From IMG/VR virus record IMGVR_UViG_3300029305_011823: a stretch of DNA of 64,000 nt, one strand, 5' to 3'. A model generated the notes under the pieces. The model saw only the letters and a program-made list of their open reading frames with translations, did not search any database and had not been told where the DNA came from. Positions 31,062 through 42,187 of the stretch are shown in pieces. A program made the position numbers and the translations under genes. The stretch comes from a virus (lineage: Duplodnaviria > Caudoviricetes). Position 1 is the first letter of the stretch; every line of letters begins with the position of its first letter.

Positions 31062-31976
31062 TTACATATATCTTCTAAAATCTTCTACATCTTTATCTGA
31101 TACTTTTTCTTTCTTATACATTACTTCATGTTCATTATATTCTAATTCATTATTTCCATATAAAGCTTTGTCAAATATACTATCTACTAAATTAGTTGTT
31201 GCTCTTTTCTTTTCATCATATTTGTTTCTATCGAAATCTCTCATTGCTACATCTAATGCCATCTTTGTAAGAACTTCAACTCCATATAATCCAACATCAG
31301 AATATTTTAATAGATAAGATATTATTTTACAGCAATATGCTATCATATCATATTCAAAATCTGATATATAATCACTTAAATAATCTTCGTATAGCATATT
31401 TAAATTATATCTTACAGATTCTATATCATTATGGAATACTATTAATGAAACAACATTTGCCAATTCAACATATAAATTATCTTCATACATTCCTAATCTA
31501 GATGCAGCAGGACCTAGAACATTTAAATCAAATGTCTCTGCTAAGTTTCTTTCATTATTTCGTCTTCTATCATAATGTTTCATTTTTGGATTTGGAACAT
31601 ATAAACCATATTTGTTTATTATGTCTTTTGCTTCTGTTAAGAATTGTTTAAATTTATTAGCTTTACATTTATCTGCTAATTTGATAATTGAATCTATGTT
31701 GATATGATTCTCATATAAATAATCTGCAATTTCAACATGATCAAATGCTGTTAATGATTTACTTAAACAATGATTCTTTTCTAGAAGATAAACTAAATCT
31801 TCTAGAGTTTGTACATAGCCAAATTCACTATGAGCATTTTGCATTACAAATAATATGTCATTTGCATTTACATATACAGCATCTATTCCTGTTGTATATT
31901 CTATAACTATATCACCATAATTCATTATTCTTTTACATTCTAAAACATCTTTTAAATTTACATTCATCATATACAC
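31062..31976 (-). CDS. Hypothetical protein
   Basis: 304-aa ORF with GGAGG RBS. Confidence 0.75.
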   Translation of the reverse strand: MYMMNVNLKDVLECKRIMNYGDIVIEYTTGIDAVYVNANDILFVMQNAHSEFGYVQTLEDLVYLLEKNHCLSKSLTAFDHVEIADYLYENHINIDSIIKLADKCKANKFKQFLTEAKDIINKYGLYVPNPKMKHYDRRRNNERNLAETFDLNVLGPAASRLGMYEDNLYVELANVVSLIVFHNDIESVRYNLNMLYEDYLSDYISDFEYDMIAYCCKIISYLLKYSDVGLYGVEVLTKMALDVAMRDFDRNKYDEKKRATTNLVDSIFDKALYGNNELEYNEHEVMYKKEKVSDKDVEDFRRYM

Positions 31977-32010
31977 TTACCTCCTAAAATTTTATTATTT
32001 TTAATTTATA

Positions 32011-32790
32011 TTATATTGCTTCTATAGCTTTAGGTTTTAATATTACACCTTCAGATGTAGCTAAAACTTTTACATATGTGTTATCTTCATTAACATCTGA
32101 GAAATCTAACATTCTTAATGATTCATGATATATATCAGCAACATAATTAACTGAATGTATTAAATGATGATCGTTTAACCATTGGTATAGTTTTGTTATG
32201 TTTATAGATTTTAAAGCAAAGCATTTTACTTCTCCTGGTTTTGTCATATCAGCATATCTTACAAATCTCACCATTTTCTTATAATCACATTCAAATTGTC
32301 TTAATAATTCTTTGCTTATGTGTTTTACTATTTCATTGTATTGCTTGTTTTCTTCATAATCTTTGTAATGTACCCATATATCACCTCTTCTATCTAAACA
32401 GAAATTCATGCTATTAAAGCCATATTCTATGAAGTTTTCTACTCCACATGTATATGCTTTTTCTTTTAATGTAAAATCATCGTCTGTATAACCTTTACTA
32501 TAAAGGAATTCTTTTAACATATCTTTTGTAAAATTACTATAAACTTTATGTTTATCTATCTTTTCAAATATTACTGATATATGCATTAGCTCTGTGTAAT
32601 GCTTTGTTAATTTAGATGTAAACTCTATTCTGTTTTTATCTTTACATACATAATGTCTATTAAATAATGCTGATACACTACCAAGATATAAATTACCATT
32701 TTTATAATATAATTTTAATCTTCTTTTGATACCGTTTTTATCCTCTATTGTAAATCTTTCTGTTGGTTCTACATAACTAACTCTCATCAT
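32011..32790 (-). CDS. Hypothetical protein
   Basis: 259-aa ORF downstream of a class-1 promoter. Confidence 0.75.
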   Translation of the reverse strand: MMRVSYVEPTERFTIEDKNGIKRRLKLYYKNGNLYLGSVSALFNRHYVCKDKNRIEFTSKLTKHYTELMHISVIFEKIDKHKVYSNFTKDMLKEFLYSKGYTDDDFTLKEKAYTCGVENFIEYGFNSMNFCLDRRGDIWVHYKDYEENKQYNEIVKHISKELLRQFECDYKKMVRFVRYADMTKPGEVKCFALKSINITKLYQWLNDHHLIHSVNYVADIYHESLRMLDFSDVNEDNTYVKVLATSEGVILKPKAIEAI

Positions 32791-32832
32791 AAATTTGTAC
32801 CCCCTGATTTATTATATTTTTATTTCACATAT

Positions 32833-32864
32833 ATAATATAGCATTAAAATATTACCTTTTTACA
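32833..32864 (-). promoter_or_regulatory. Class-1 (putative early) promoter
   Basis: 32-bp motif copy. Confidence 0.72.
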
Positions 32865-32900
32865 TTATATTGTAGAGTGATAAATTAAAAAGAATAAGGC

Positions 32901-33512
32901 TTAAGCCTTATTCTTTTTTAATTGTACTATATAATCATGTTCAACATTTACAGGATCATACTTAAATAGTTTATAGAATATTTCTGTTATTTTACCTGTA
33001 ACGAAAACTAATATTATTGATACTAATGTTATATGTTGTCTTGCTGTTAATAAGGCTACTATAAAATAAGTTGCGTCAATTATAGTTCTTATAAATGCAA
33101 CTGATTTACCTGTGGATTTAACTAATGTTGTTGTTAATATATTGGTTGGTCCTTCACCTAAATCAGCTGTTGCTGTTATAGCCCATCCTAACATCGTACA
33201 TATTCCAAATATCACCATTAATGGATGATGTGGTAATATAAGCTTAAATATATCTATTAATAAACTGACATATGAACATGCTAGAATAGAAGATAATCCA
33301 ACACCTTCGCCTTTATAACAAACATAAACTAACATTAAACCCTCTACTACTAAACTAATTACAGTTAATGGTACACCAAATAAATTAGATAATCCTATAT
33401 AAGCTGCTGTTATTCCAAAGCAACCTAATCCTGAATTTACTAAAGATGCTATACCAAATGCAGTTATAGCTCCACCTAATAAGATCGTTATTATTCTTTT
33501 AATCATTTCCAA
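32901..33512 (-). CDS. YczE/YyaS-like membrane protein
   Basis: Multi-TM; AFGIASLVNSGLG and ADLGEGP motifs; paralog of the next gene. Confidence 0.75.
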   Translation of the reverse strand: MEMIKRIITILLGGAITAFGIASLVNSGLGCFGITAAYIGLSNLFGVPLTVISLVVEGLMLVYVCYKGEGVGLSSILACSYVSLLIDIFKLILPHHPLMVIFGICTMLGWAITATADLGEGPTNILTTTLVKSTGKSVAFIRTIIDATYFIVALLTARQHITLVSIILVFVTGKITEIFYKLFKYDPVNVEHDYIVQLKKNKA

Positions 33513-33525
33513 TTATTTCAATCCC

Positions 33526-34119
33526 CTATCGTTTTAATTTTATAATATATTTATGCTCTGTTTTTGTTGGTTTAAATTTAAATGCATGGTAAATAACATG
33601 TATTACAGGTCCTGCTAATATTGATAATAATAATGAATATATTGTAACATATTCTCTTGCAGCTATAAATCCTATTCCTAATAATGACATTTCTAATAAG
33701 AATCTAGTTATAATGACATTCCAACCTGTCATCTTCATAATAGTTGTTGTAAATATATTACTTCCTGTTTCACCTAAACCTGCTTTACCCATTATACTAT
33801 ATCCTATAGGTATAAGGAATGCACACCATACCATAATTGGATGATGTGGTAATATTTCATGAAGTTGACCTATTAATAAGGATCCATAAGTTCCATTTAA
33901 TATAGCCGTCCATCCAACACCTTCTCCTTTATACGTAGCAAATAATAAGAATGCTATTTCTATTAACATATATACTACTCCAAAGGGTATTCCAGTTAGA
34001 TTTTCTAATGATTTACTTGCAGCTGTTAATGCAAAGCAACCTATATCACTATTAGCTACACAAGCTATACCAAAAGCAGATATTGATATACCAATCATAG
34101 ATTTAATTATATTCTTCAT
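33526..34119 (-). CDS. YczE/YyaS-like membrane protein
   Basis: Shares GCF, YKGEGVG, LPHHP and LGE motifs with 32901-33512. Confidence 0.75.
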   Translation of the reverse strand: MKNIIKSMIGISISAFGIACVANSDIGCFALTAASKSLENLTGIPFGVVYMLIEIAFLLFATYKGEGVGWTAILNGTYGSLLIGQLHEILPHHPIMVWCAFLIPIGYSIMGKAGLGETGSNIFTTTIMKMTGWNVIITRFLLEMSLLGIGFIAAREYVTIYSLLLSILAGPVIHVIYHAFKFKPTKTEHKYIIKLKR

Positions 34120-34129
34120 AACAACCTCC

Positions 34130-34795
34130 TTATATTATAAATATTGCTATTATACCAACTACTACTTGAATTAAAAAGTTATCCCAATCTCCTGATATAA
34201 CTTCAACTATTGAGCCTATTATACTTAACACTATTATTTGAGGTAATATTGCTAATATGTTTTGTCCTAATATTAAGCATACTATTATCATTCCTATTAT
34301 TGATGCTATTACAAATCCTATTGATCCTATTAATGATTTATGGTTTGGTAGAGATATGCTGTATTTACCATATTTTCTACCTACTAAAGCAGCTAATGCA
34401 TCTCCAAAGCATATACTAAATACTCCTAAACCATAACATAACCACCATTCAGGATTAATATATGCGAAGACAGACAATAATAAAAAGCCCATTCCAATTA
34501 ATGTTGCTGCTTTTTTATTGTCCCCAATTTCGCCGTCTTCTCTTCCGTCAGATACACAGCCTAATTTAGCTAATGCTGTAACTCCTATTGTATATATAAA
34601 TGGTGCTATCATGATATGAACGGTATCTTTTAAGAATAAATAACTAAATGTCCATAATATTGTGCCACATAAAATATGTCCCCATTTTCTAGCTATTTCT
34701 TTATTTTCTAAATTATTATGAAGCCATGTTTCTACTGGAAGAATTAATAATTCTAATGTTGCTATAATTATATAACCTAAAAATATTTTTATCAT
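34130..34795 (-). CDS. Phytol/dolichol kinase-like (CTP-dependent polyprenol kinase family) membrane protein
   Basis: ARKWGHI, GDALAALVGRKYGK, KSLIGS and DN motifs. Confidence 0.82.
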   Translation of the reverse strand: MIKIFLGYIIIATLELLILPVETWLHNNLENKEIARKWGHILCGTILWTFSYLFLKDTVHIMIAPFIYTIGVTALAKLGCVSDGREDGEIGDNKKAATLIGMGFLLLSVFAYINPEWWLCYGLGVFSICFGDALAALVGRKYGKYSISLPNHKSLIGSIGFVIASIIGMIIVCLILGQNILAILPQIIVLSIIGSIVEVISGDWDNFLIQVVVGIIAIFII

Positions 34796-34811
34796 AAAAT
34801 AACCCTCCTAA

Positions 34812-35240
34812 TTATATTAAAATAGATTTATTATTTTTAATAAATTCTACAGCCCATTTATCAGCTTTATATTCTTCAGGTATCTTTCTATATTTTGCAT
34901 AATCATCATCTGTTATTTCTCTTAACATTTTACAATATTCATCATAATTATTCATATCAAATGTAAAATAATGTCCTATTTCATGTAATATTGAAAATAT
35001 GAACATTTTATCTTGTTGTATATATAAATCAAATTCTTCATAAAGATATTTTTCTAAGAATTTATTACCTTCCAACTCAATTTCATCTATAACATTTGAT
35101 ATTTGTATTATTCTCTCCTCAGGATAATATATAAACATAGAACCCTCTTCGAATGAATCCCTACTTAATTCAGGATATATATCTATAACATAATCGACTA
35201 CTTTATATAGTCGATTATAATCTAGATATTTATTTTCCAT
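34812..35240 (-). CDS. HExxH metallopeptidase-like protein
   Basis: ILHEIGH...YRKIPEEYKADKWA. Confidence 0.72.
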   Translation of the reverse strand: MENKYLDYNRLYKVVDYVIDIYPELSRDSFEEGSMFIYYPEERIIQISNVIDEIELEGNKFLEKYLYEEFDLYIQQDKMFIFSILHEIGHYFTFDMNNYDEYCKMLREITDDDYAKYRKIPEEYKADKWAVEFIKNNKSILI

Positions 35241-35377
35241 TAATCTATCATAAAGAATAATATTTTATCATATATCATAAAGAATTGAGTTGGATAAAGG
35301 TATAATAAAAATCCTAACACAATAAGAAATACTATAAAGCATATTACTAAAATTTCTTCTGGACTTAATTTTTTCAT
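35240..35377 (-). CDS. Small membrane protein (45 aa)
   Basis: Translated by hand (MKKLSPEEILVICF...); GGGGAGG RBS; TAATG coupling to the next gene. Confidence 0.65.
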   Translation of the reverse strand: MKKLSPEEILVICFIVFLIVLGFLLYLYPTQFFMIYDKILFFMID

Positions 35378-35400
35378 TATAAATACCTCCCCTTATATAT

Positions 35401-35487
35401 TTAATCTAAATCTTCACTTATCTCTAATATCCAAACTATACTTATTATAATTCCTGTAGCTACAAGTTTACTTAATATGCCTATCAT
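35401..35487 (-). CDS. Small membrane peptide (28 aa)
   Basis: AAGGAG RBS; MIGILSKLVATGIIISIVWILEISEDLD; first ORF after the promoter. Confidence 0.5.
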   Translation of the reverse strand: MIGILSKLVATGIIISIVWILEISEDLD

Positions 35488-35529
35488 GAACAACATCTCC
35501 TTATAATTATTATAGTTTTTACCATATAT

Positions 35530-35561
35530 ATAATATAGTATTGAAAAATATATAAATTACA
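35530..35561 (-). promoter_or_regulatory. Class-1 (putative early) promoter
   Basis: Variant copy TGTAATTTAT...TTTCAATACTATATTAT. Confidence 0.68.
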
Positions 35562-35578
35562 GATAGTGGAAATATCCA

Positions 35579-36820
35579 CTATCTGCTTTCATAAAAGGCT
35601 TTATATATTCTGTATGTTTCATATAGGTCATGTTTAGATATCATTTCTTGTGGTGAATGCATTGCTAATACTGGTATACCTACATCTATTATTTCACATC
35701 CTTTTACTGCAAAGAATGAAGATACTGTACCTCCACCACCTTCTGATACTTTTGTAGTTTCTATAGAATAATCTATTTCATTTTTGACTAATAAATCTTT
35801 TATGAATTTTCTTATTTCAAAACTACTATCATTTCCTGATTTTCTTCCTAGATAAGGAACAACTGCAGTTCCTCCTCCTACTATTGCTTTCGCAGCATCT
35901 TCAAAATGACCACCATATTGATGTTCATATCCTGCACAAACATCTGCTGATATCATGAATGAATTTCTCATAAATGCTTTAGCTGTTCTAACACTTTGCA
36001 TTACATCTACAAAGAAATCTTCTATAACATCACTTTGACAACCAGTTGATTGCTTACTTCCAGTTTCTTCGTAAGAAGCGAATATAGCAACTTGTGACAT
36101 ATCTTTTAATTCTGCTTCAAAGAATGCTTGTAATTCTGCATAAGCACAGCATTTATCATCATGACCATATCCTGTTAATAATTCTCTATCAAAACCTACT
36201 TCTCTTACAGCATCACTTGGTACAAAACTTAAATCTGCAAATTCTAAAAAGTTATCTGCAAGATTATATTTTTCTTGTAAAACTTTTAACACGTTTTCTT
36301 TTTTGTTTCCTATTCTTACTAAAAGTTTTTCATATTTCAATTCTTTCATTTCTTTTCTACCATCAAGATGTGGTAATAAACTAGATATAACAAAATTATA
36401 TTCTTCTTTTGTGTTTATATCTATAACATTACCATCTTTATCTTCAACTCTACCAACTAATGCTAGAGGTCTATCTAACCAGCTTTGTTGTATTATACCA
36501 CCATATGGTATAACTTTTAAAAATACGCCATCTTCTTTTTCTACTAATGGGTCTCCTATTATTACATCTAATCTAGGACTATCTAAATGGCTAACTATCA
36601 TATTAGCACCTTTGAAATCTAATCCTAGTTTCATTAATATTATAAGTTTATCTCTGAAAACATAGAATATTTTATCTCCTTGTTTATAATTGCAAAAATC
36701 TTTATATTCTACAAATCCATGTTCTAATGCTTGTTCTTTTATATATTTTACCATCATTCTTTCATGTAAACCATATTGGTTCATCATATGTTTATATTTT
36801 CTAAAAAACGCTTTTTTCAT
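35579..36820 (-). CDS. M18-family aminopeptidase
   Basis: SHLDSPRL, GHDD, YEETGS, SADV and AMHSP motifs. Confidence 0.9.
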   Translation of the reverse strand: MKKAFFRKYKHMMNQYGLHERMMVKYIKEQALEHGFVEYKDFCNYKQGDKIFYVFRDKLIILMKLGLDFKGANMIVSHLDSPRLDVIIGDPLVEKEDGVFLKVIPYGGIIQQSWLDRPLALVGRVEDKDGNVIDINTKEEYNFVISSLLPHLDGRKEMKELKYEKLLVRIGNKKENVLKVLQEKYNLADNFLEFADLSFVPSDAVREVGFDRELLTGYGHDDKCCAYAELQAFFEAELKDMSQVAIFASYEETGSKQSTGCQSDVIEDFFVDVMQSVRTAKAFMRNSFMISADVCAGYEHQYGGHFEDAAKAIVGGGTAVVPYLGRKSGNDSSFEIRKFIKDLLVKNEIDYSIETTKVSEGGGGTVSSFFAVKGCEIIDVGIPVLAMHSPQEMISKHDLYETYRIYKAFYESR

Positions 36821-36847
36821 AATTATTTCCTCCTATATTTTTTAAAT

Positions 36848-37384
36848 TTATTTTATAGCAAAGAATGCATTATGATAATCTACTAAATCAAATAAAGCTT
36901 CAGTTGATACAAAAACGCCATAAACATAATAATCGCCACCTACATATGCATTTTCGTATGTTCCATCTTCCAATATTTTATAACAAGGGTAATACAGTTC
37001 ACCCTCAGGTCCCATATGTTCTTCTACTACTAATTGATAACCGATGTAATCAAAATTTTCATCTCTTGATAATCTTTCCCAAGCATTAACTACTTCTTCA
37101 CCATATTTTTCTACTATTTCAACTCTAGCTTCTTCTTGAGGTGATAATATGATTTCTGGTTCTTCAGGTTCTTGCTCAGGTAATTCAGGCATTGGTTCTT
37201 TAATAGGTTCTTCTTCAGGTATTTTTTCTTCTTTATTTTCCTCAATTAGTTTTTCTTCTTGTGTCGATTCTCTTGAAGGTATATCTTCAGGATCTCGATT
37301 TGTAACTGATTTAATAGCTAATAATGTAGCCATTAATAGCACTACTAAAGCTAATGTTATAGTTATTCTATTATTATCATTCAT
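36848..37384 (-). CDS. Membrane-anchored protein with Pro/Glu-rich linker
   Basis: N-terminal TM segment and EP-rich spacer. Confidence 0.72.
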   Translation of the reverse strand: MNDNNRITITLALVVLLMATLLAIKSVTNRDPEDIPSRESTQEEKLIEENKEEKIPEEEPIKEPMPELPEQEPEEPEIILSPQEEARVEIVEKYGEEVVNAWERLSRDENFDYIGYQLVVEEHMGPEGELYYPCYKILEDGTYENAYVGGDYYVYGVFVSTEALFDLVDYHNAFFAIK

Positions 37385-37444
37385 AATTGTATTCGTCTCC
37401 TTTTTTATTAAAAAAAGAGAAGGGTGAAACCTTCTCTTTATATA

Positions 37445-40400
37445 TTAATCACATTTACTATATCCACAATTTGTACATTGCATACATCCACCTGACATTT
37501 GTAATGTCTTTTCTTTACATTCTGGACATTCTTTTAAACCAATGATATTAGATTCTTCTTCATGATCTTCGTCTATTTCCTTCATAGCTTTGAATATTAC
37601 TTGGAATTCTTTATTTAACTCTATTAAAGCTTTACCTACTGCACCAGCACATGAAGAACCTGGTGATAATATTATTCCTTTAGCTCTTGAACTTGCAAAT
37701 GAAGGACAGTTTATAGTTGATGCTAATTGATCTGCTACATCTTTAACATCTACACCTGCTCTTAATGTTATAGATATCATTCTAGATAAAGCATTTAGAT
37801 TACTATTACACGTTTACACCGTCTCTTTCGAGATATTTATTACGGACTAGACTATATCTTCATCTTATATTCTGTTACCAAATATAAGATGCTCGGCACT
37901 TCCAGTCGGGATTTACACCCAAATACCTGTACTCTACTCCCTTCTTCATATAGATATTTCTCCTATATTATGGTTTCGATAGTCGTTTGACGTTTATAAT
38001 AATTATTAATCAATATAATTAAATCGTATAAAATTTAATTTGGATTTTTTACTTGTTGTCGTAGGATTTTGTATTTGACCAACTATTCTTCTGTGTATAG
38101 CTGTATCAGACACACCATAAAAACGTCCACAATCGGTAATAGAATTAAAAATCATACATTCTCCTGTTAAAATATTCTCAGCTTTTATTTTACGAACATG
38201 CGTATCTTTTGGTGGATTATTATTTACATGACATCTATGCCATTGATTATATGAATTATCACACCATTCTAAATTTTCAACTCTATTATCAGATCTATCA
38301 CCATTTTTATGGTTTACCATAGGTAAATTTTCTGGATTAGGTATAAAAGTTTCAGCAACTATTCTATGCGTCCTAAGGTCTTTTTTATTTCCTAAATCGT
38401 CCGAATATCCATGATGATCATACCCATCTTTATCAAGATGTAATTTTAATATATAACCTTTAGAATATATTGCAAAACTTTTTACTCTACCCATATTTGA
38501 AATTTGATATTTACCATTAAATCCTTCTATATCAACCCATATCTCATTTTCCATCCCAATCACCCTTTCTTTATTTAGGATGATTAATAATTATTATACT
38601 TCGCACAGGATTACCATATCTTCCGACTTAGGTTTCCCCTGTTAGCATATTCATTCACCATCATTTCCTATGGTTACAATTAAGTTGAATATACACCCTA
38701 GAATTCTAGGTTCACCGAGTTTTAACTATTATATTACTATAATAGTGAGGCTAGATTAACCAACCTCCTGTTCCTCCTTTATTTATAAATACTTCTGTCA
38801 TTTTACCTGTGTTTCTATCGAAATATACTTGAAGATGTAATGAACCACATCCACCTGATAATTTTTTCTTTAAGCCTATAACATCATCACTTGTAGGTAC
38901 TACTACACCTCTAGGTATTTCATTTTTATTTTCTTCAACTTCTACAGATTTTTCTTCTTCTTTAGGTTTACTTGTTGTTAATATTGCAGCTCTATCACAA
39001 CCATCTCTAAAGATTGTCATTCCTTTTAATCCTTTATTCCATGCATGTATATATAATTTCTCAACTTCTTCTACAGTTGTTTCATTTGGAAGATTTAATG
39101 TTGATGATATACTAGCATCTATATGTTTTTGCCATATACCTTGCATTTCAACACGTTTATATGGATCTATATTTTGTGTAGTTACAAAGAATTCTGGTAA
39201 TTCCTCTTCTTCAGTTAAATTATGACTCTTCATATACTTTTCAGCTATTGGTGTAAATACTTTATAATATCTATCTTCACCATGTAATGATTCTGTTTTT
39301 CTTGTATACGATAAACTGAATATCGGTTCTATACCACCACTTATTCCTAACATTGTAGATAATGTTCCACATGGTGCTATTGTTAATAATTGACTATTTC
39401 TTAAACCATATTCTTCAACTAATCTATACGTATCCATAGTTGTATTCATTGTTAAGAATGATGACTTTAATACAGCTTCATCATTATATTTAGGATAAGG
39501 TCCGTATTCTTTAGCTAATAATGCACTTGCATATATCACTTCATTAGCCATTATAAATCCTAAATGATCACAGAATTTTTGTGCTTCATCTGTATCGTAT
39601 TTTAATCCTAATTTAATTAACATATCTGCTATACCCATTACACCTATTCCTATTTGTCTCCAATCTCTTACAGAATCTCTTTGAACTTGTAAAGGATGTA
39701 ATGGTAATCCTTGATCTAAAACGTCATTCATACCTTTAACTATTACATGTAAATCATTTAAAAATTCTTCTGAATCAAACTCAGCATTTTTAACATATGC
39801 AGCTAAGTTTATTGAACCTAATAAGCAACTTCCACCTGCAGGAAGAGGTTCCTCAGCACAAGGATTAACTCCAGCATATTCAAATTCTGGATCTTCACTT
39901 AATAAATTATAATTTGTTATTCTATCCCAGAATAATATACCTGGTTCAGCCATAGACCAGTTATTTTTACTTAATAATCTAAATAACTTTTTAGCGTTAA
40001 CCATTTTACTCATTTTATCCCCATGTTCTGTTTCAAAAGATAATTCCCATTCTTCATCATTTATAACAGCAAACATAAAAGCATCGTTTACTCTTACAGA
40101 TATATTTGCTTTTGTTACTCTAGTTAAATCATTTTTGATTTCTATAAATTCTTCTAAATCAGGATGATCACAACTTATTGAAAGCATCAAAGCTCCACGG
40201 CGACCATTTTGTCCTATAGTTCCTGTTACTTGACTAAATGTATCCATAAATGATACTGCACCTGTAGTTGTATTAGATGCATTATTTACTTTCATTCCTC
40301 TAGGTCTTAATTTACTTATATCTACTCCACAACCTCCAGAATAGCTATATGTTCTAGCTAAATCCGAACATGTTTTATATATAGATTCTATTGAATCTTC

Positions 40401-40646
40401 TACTGGTGGTAATACATAACAATTTGAATATGTTATTTTTCTACCTAATTTATCCATTCCTCTATTTGCTAATATACGTCCAGCGAATAAGAATTTTTTA
40501 TCTTTAATTAATTGAGCAATTTCTACATCCCCGTTACTTACCCTATTTAACCATTCATCAAATGTTTCATTATTTTGACAATATTTCTTTTCCCATATAT
40601 CAATCCCTAATTGATTTTCATTTCCTAACCATTCATTTATTAACAT
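37445..40646 (-). CDS. nrdJ: Class II (B12-dependent) ribonucleotide reductase, 2 exons (40646-38763, 37810-37445; ~749 aa)
   Basis: SNCYV, GRRGALM, NPCAEEPL and TIAPCGT motifs; splice restores KGGTGG|CNSNLNALSRMIS; C-terminal CPEC...CTNCGYSKC. Confidence 0.92.
37811..38762 (-). mobile_element. Group I intron in nrdJ
   Basis: P1 GAGGU/GCCUC; R element AACGACTA; S element AAGATATAGTCT; terminal G at 37811. Confidence 0.9.
38006..38563 (-). CDS. Intron-encoded HNH homing endonuclease (NUMOD4 + HNH)
   Basis: EIWVDIEGFNGKYQISNMGRVKS; HRIVAETFIPNP...VNHKNG...N...NLEW. Confidence 0.9.
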   Translation of the reverse strand: MIGMENEIWVDIEGFNGKYQISNMGRVKSFAIYSKGYILKLHLDKDGYDHHGYSDDLGNKKDLRTHRIVAETFIPNPENLPMVNHKNGDRSDNRVENLEWCDNSYNQWHRCHVNNNPPKDTHVRKIKAENILTGECMIFNSITDCGRFYGVSDTAIHRRIVGQIQNPTTTSKKSKLNFIRFNYID

Positions 40647-40746
40647 ATATACTTACCTCCCATAATAATATATTTTATTTTTTATTCGTACTTAATTGTT
40701 ATAATCAAAATAAAAAGATATAGGAAAGATTCCTATATCTTAAAGT

Positions 40747-40959
40747 TTACTTTTTATATATACCTGGAAACACTTTTACTAATGTCTCAGCAGAATCAAA
40801 TTCGTATTCATTAGTTTCACAACCGTTTTCAGAAACTATTATTGTGTCATTTTTAAGTTTTAATATAAATTTTCCGTCTTCCTTATAAGATGAGAATGAC
40901 TCGTTCATAATCATTAACATAGCATACACTTTCATATATTCATTATCTAACATAATCAT
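40747..40959 (-). CDS. Hypothetical protein
   Basis: GGAGG RBS. Confidence 0.65.
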   Translation of the reverse strand: MIMLDNEYMKVYAMLMIMNESFSSYKEDGKFILKLKNDTIIVSENGCETNEYEFDSAETLVKVFPGIYKK

Positions 40960-40965
40960 TACCTC

Positions 40966-41142
40966 CTATAAATTATTATAAAATTCACTATTGAACATAT
41001 TATTTTTTAATTCTTCTTCATCAAATTGTTTTGTTACTTCTACAATTTCATCACAATTTTCACATTGATATTTATATATTAATTCGTCACTATTCCATTT
41101 ATAAGATATTAATTTTAAGTTTCCTTTACAATTTTTACACAT
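40966..41142 (-). CDS. Small zinc-ribbon protein (58 aa, CxxC...CxxC)
   Basis: Translated by hand (MCKNCKG...YQCENCDE); AAGGAG RBS; AACA-N6-TA at 41175-41186. Confidence 0.65.
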   Translation of the reverse strand: MCKNCKGNLKLISYKWNSDELIYKYQCENCDEIVEVTKQFDEEELKNNMFNSEFYNNL

Positions 41143-41196
41143 TATAAATCACTCCTTAATTAATATTTTTATTCTAAACATTTGTTACTTAATTCA

Positions 41197-41346
41197 TTAA
41201 AAGTTATTATTTTCTTCTTCGTTTTTCTTTTTAATGAAATTTACTTGTTTAAATGTAGGCATCCACGTCTTATAATCTGAAATAAATACAAATATAAATA
41301 ATGCTAAGAAGAACACGTACATGAACTTAGCAAACGAAATATACAT
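41197..41346 (-). CDS. Small membrane protein (49 aa)
   Basis: Translated by hand (MYISFAKFMYVFFLALFIFVF...); AGGAG RBS. Confidence 0.55.
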   Translation of the reverse strand: MYISFAKFMYVFFLALFIFVFISDYKTWMPTFKQVNFIKKKNEEENNNF

Positions 41347-41361
41347 AAACACCATCTCCTA

Positions 41362-42087
41362 TCATTTTAAAAATCCTTTCACGCATTTAGTTTTATGATT
41401 ATATTGAATTTGTTTTGTTAATTCTGAAATTATATTAACTAATACTATAGAGCTTCCTATATTAAGCCCTATATAGTTTATCACAAGAAGGATCATAATA
41501 TTTAAGATGATTTTATCAAATTCCATTTGTTTTAATACTTTCTTTGTATCACTCATTTTGTATCCTTTAAATGCTATTGAATTTGAACTCATCATTTTGA
41601 ACTCATCATCAACTTTTGAATCAGTTAGATCTAATACTAAACTTATTATAGGAATTGATAATCCTTTAGGTATGTTTAAGTGTGATAATAATTCTGATAA
41701 TATTAATGTGGATGGTGCATTAGTTAAAACCTTTTTACGTAAAACATCTTTACCGTTAATACATATAGTTTCTTTATTTATTGTAATCTTATTTAATAAT
41801 ATTGCTAATGGTATAGTTATTGTACCATATTTATCTATATGCGTTATTATATCAAATCCTAATAGAATTGATATGAAATCAATGTTTTCATTTTTAGTTT
41901 TTATTATCTTATTGATTTGGTTTATAGTTGCTGATAATATCATTATTTTTCCATCTCTATATATTAATCCTGGTATTAAGATAGAAAGAATGTCTTTATA
42001 TTTATCATCTATTTTAATATCAAACTTATTAAAAACGTTTTCTATAACTCTTATAAATGCATTACTACTTATTGCAGGTCGTATCAT
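41362..42087 (-). CDS. Hypothetical Ile/Leu-rich protein with an internally repeated pattern
   Basis: Downstream of the class-1 promoter at 42126-42157. Confidence 0.65.
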   Translation of the reverse strand: MIRPAISSNAFIRVIENVFNKFDIKIDDKYKDILSILIPGLIYRDGKIMILSATINQINKIIKTKNENIDFISILLGFDIITHIDKYGTITIPLAILLNKITINKETICINGKDVLRKKVLTNAPSTLILSELLSHLNIPKGLSIPIISLVLDLTDSKVDDEFKMMSSNSIAFKGYKMSDTKKVLKQMEFDKIILNIMILLVINYIGLNIGSSIVLVNIISELTKQIQYNHKTKCVKGFLK

Positions 42088-42125
42088 AACTCAATCCCCC
42101 AATTTATTTTATTTATTTCAAATAT

Positions 42126-42157
42126 ATAATATATAATTGAAATAAACATAAATTACA
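42126..42157 (-). promoter_or_regulatory. Class-1 (putative early) promoter
   Basis: Variant 32-bp copy. Confidence 0.7.
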
Positions 42158-42187
42158 GGTGTAACCATAATTGGTTACACCTTGTTA

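Noticed and set aside
5291-37427. Short opposite-strand or alternate-frame ORFs overlapping long genes (5291, 6081, 6767, 8819, 9146, 11519, 12989, 18062, 24160, 29310, 36303, 37149 etc.)
   Set aside because: They overlap well-supported genes and have no independent support.
41507-42136. 209-aa + strand ORF
   Set aside because: It is an antisense shadow of 41362-42087, which has the promoter; no convincing RBS.
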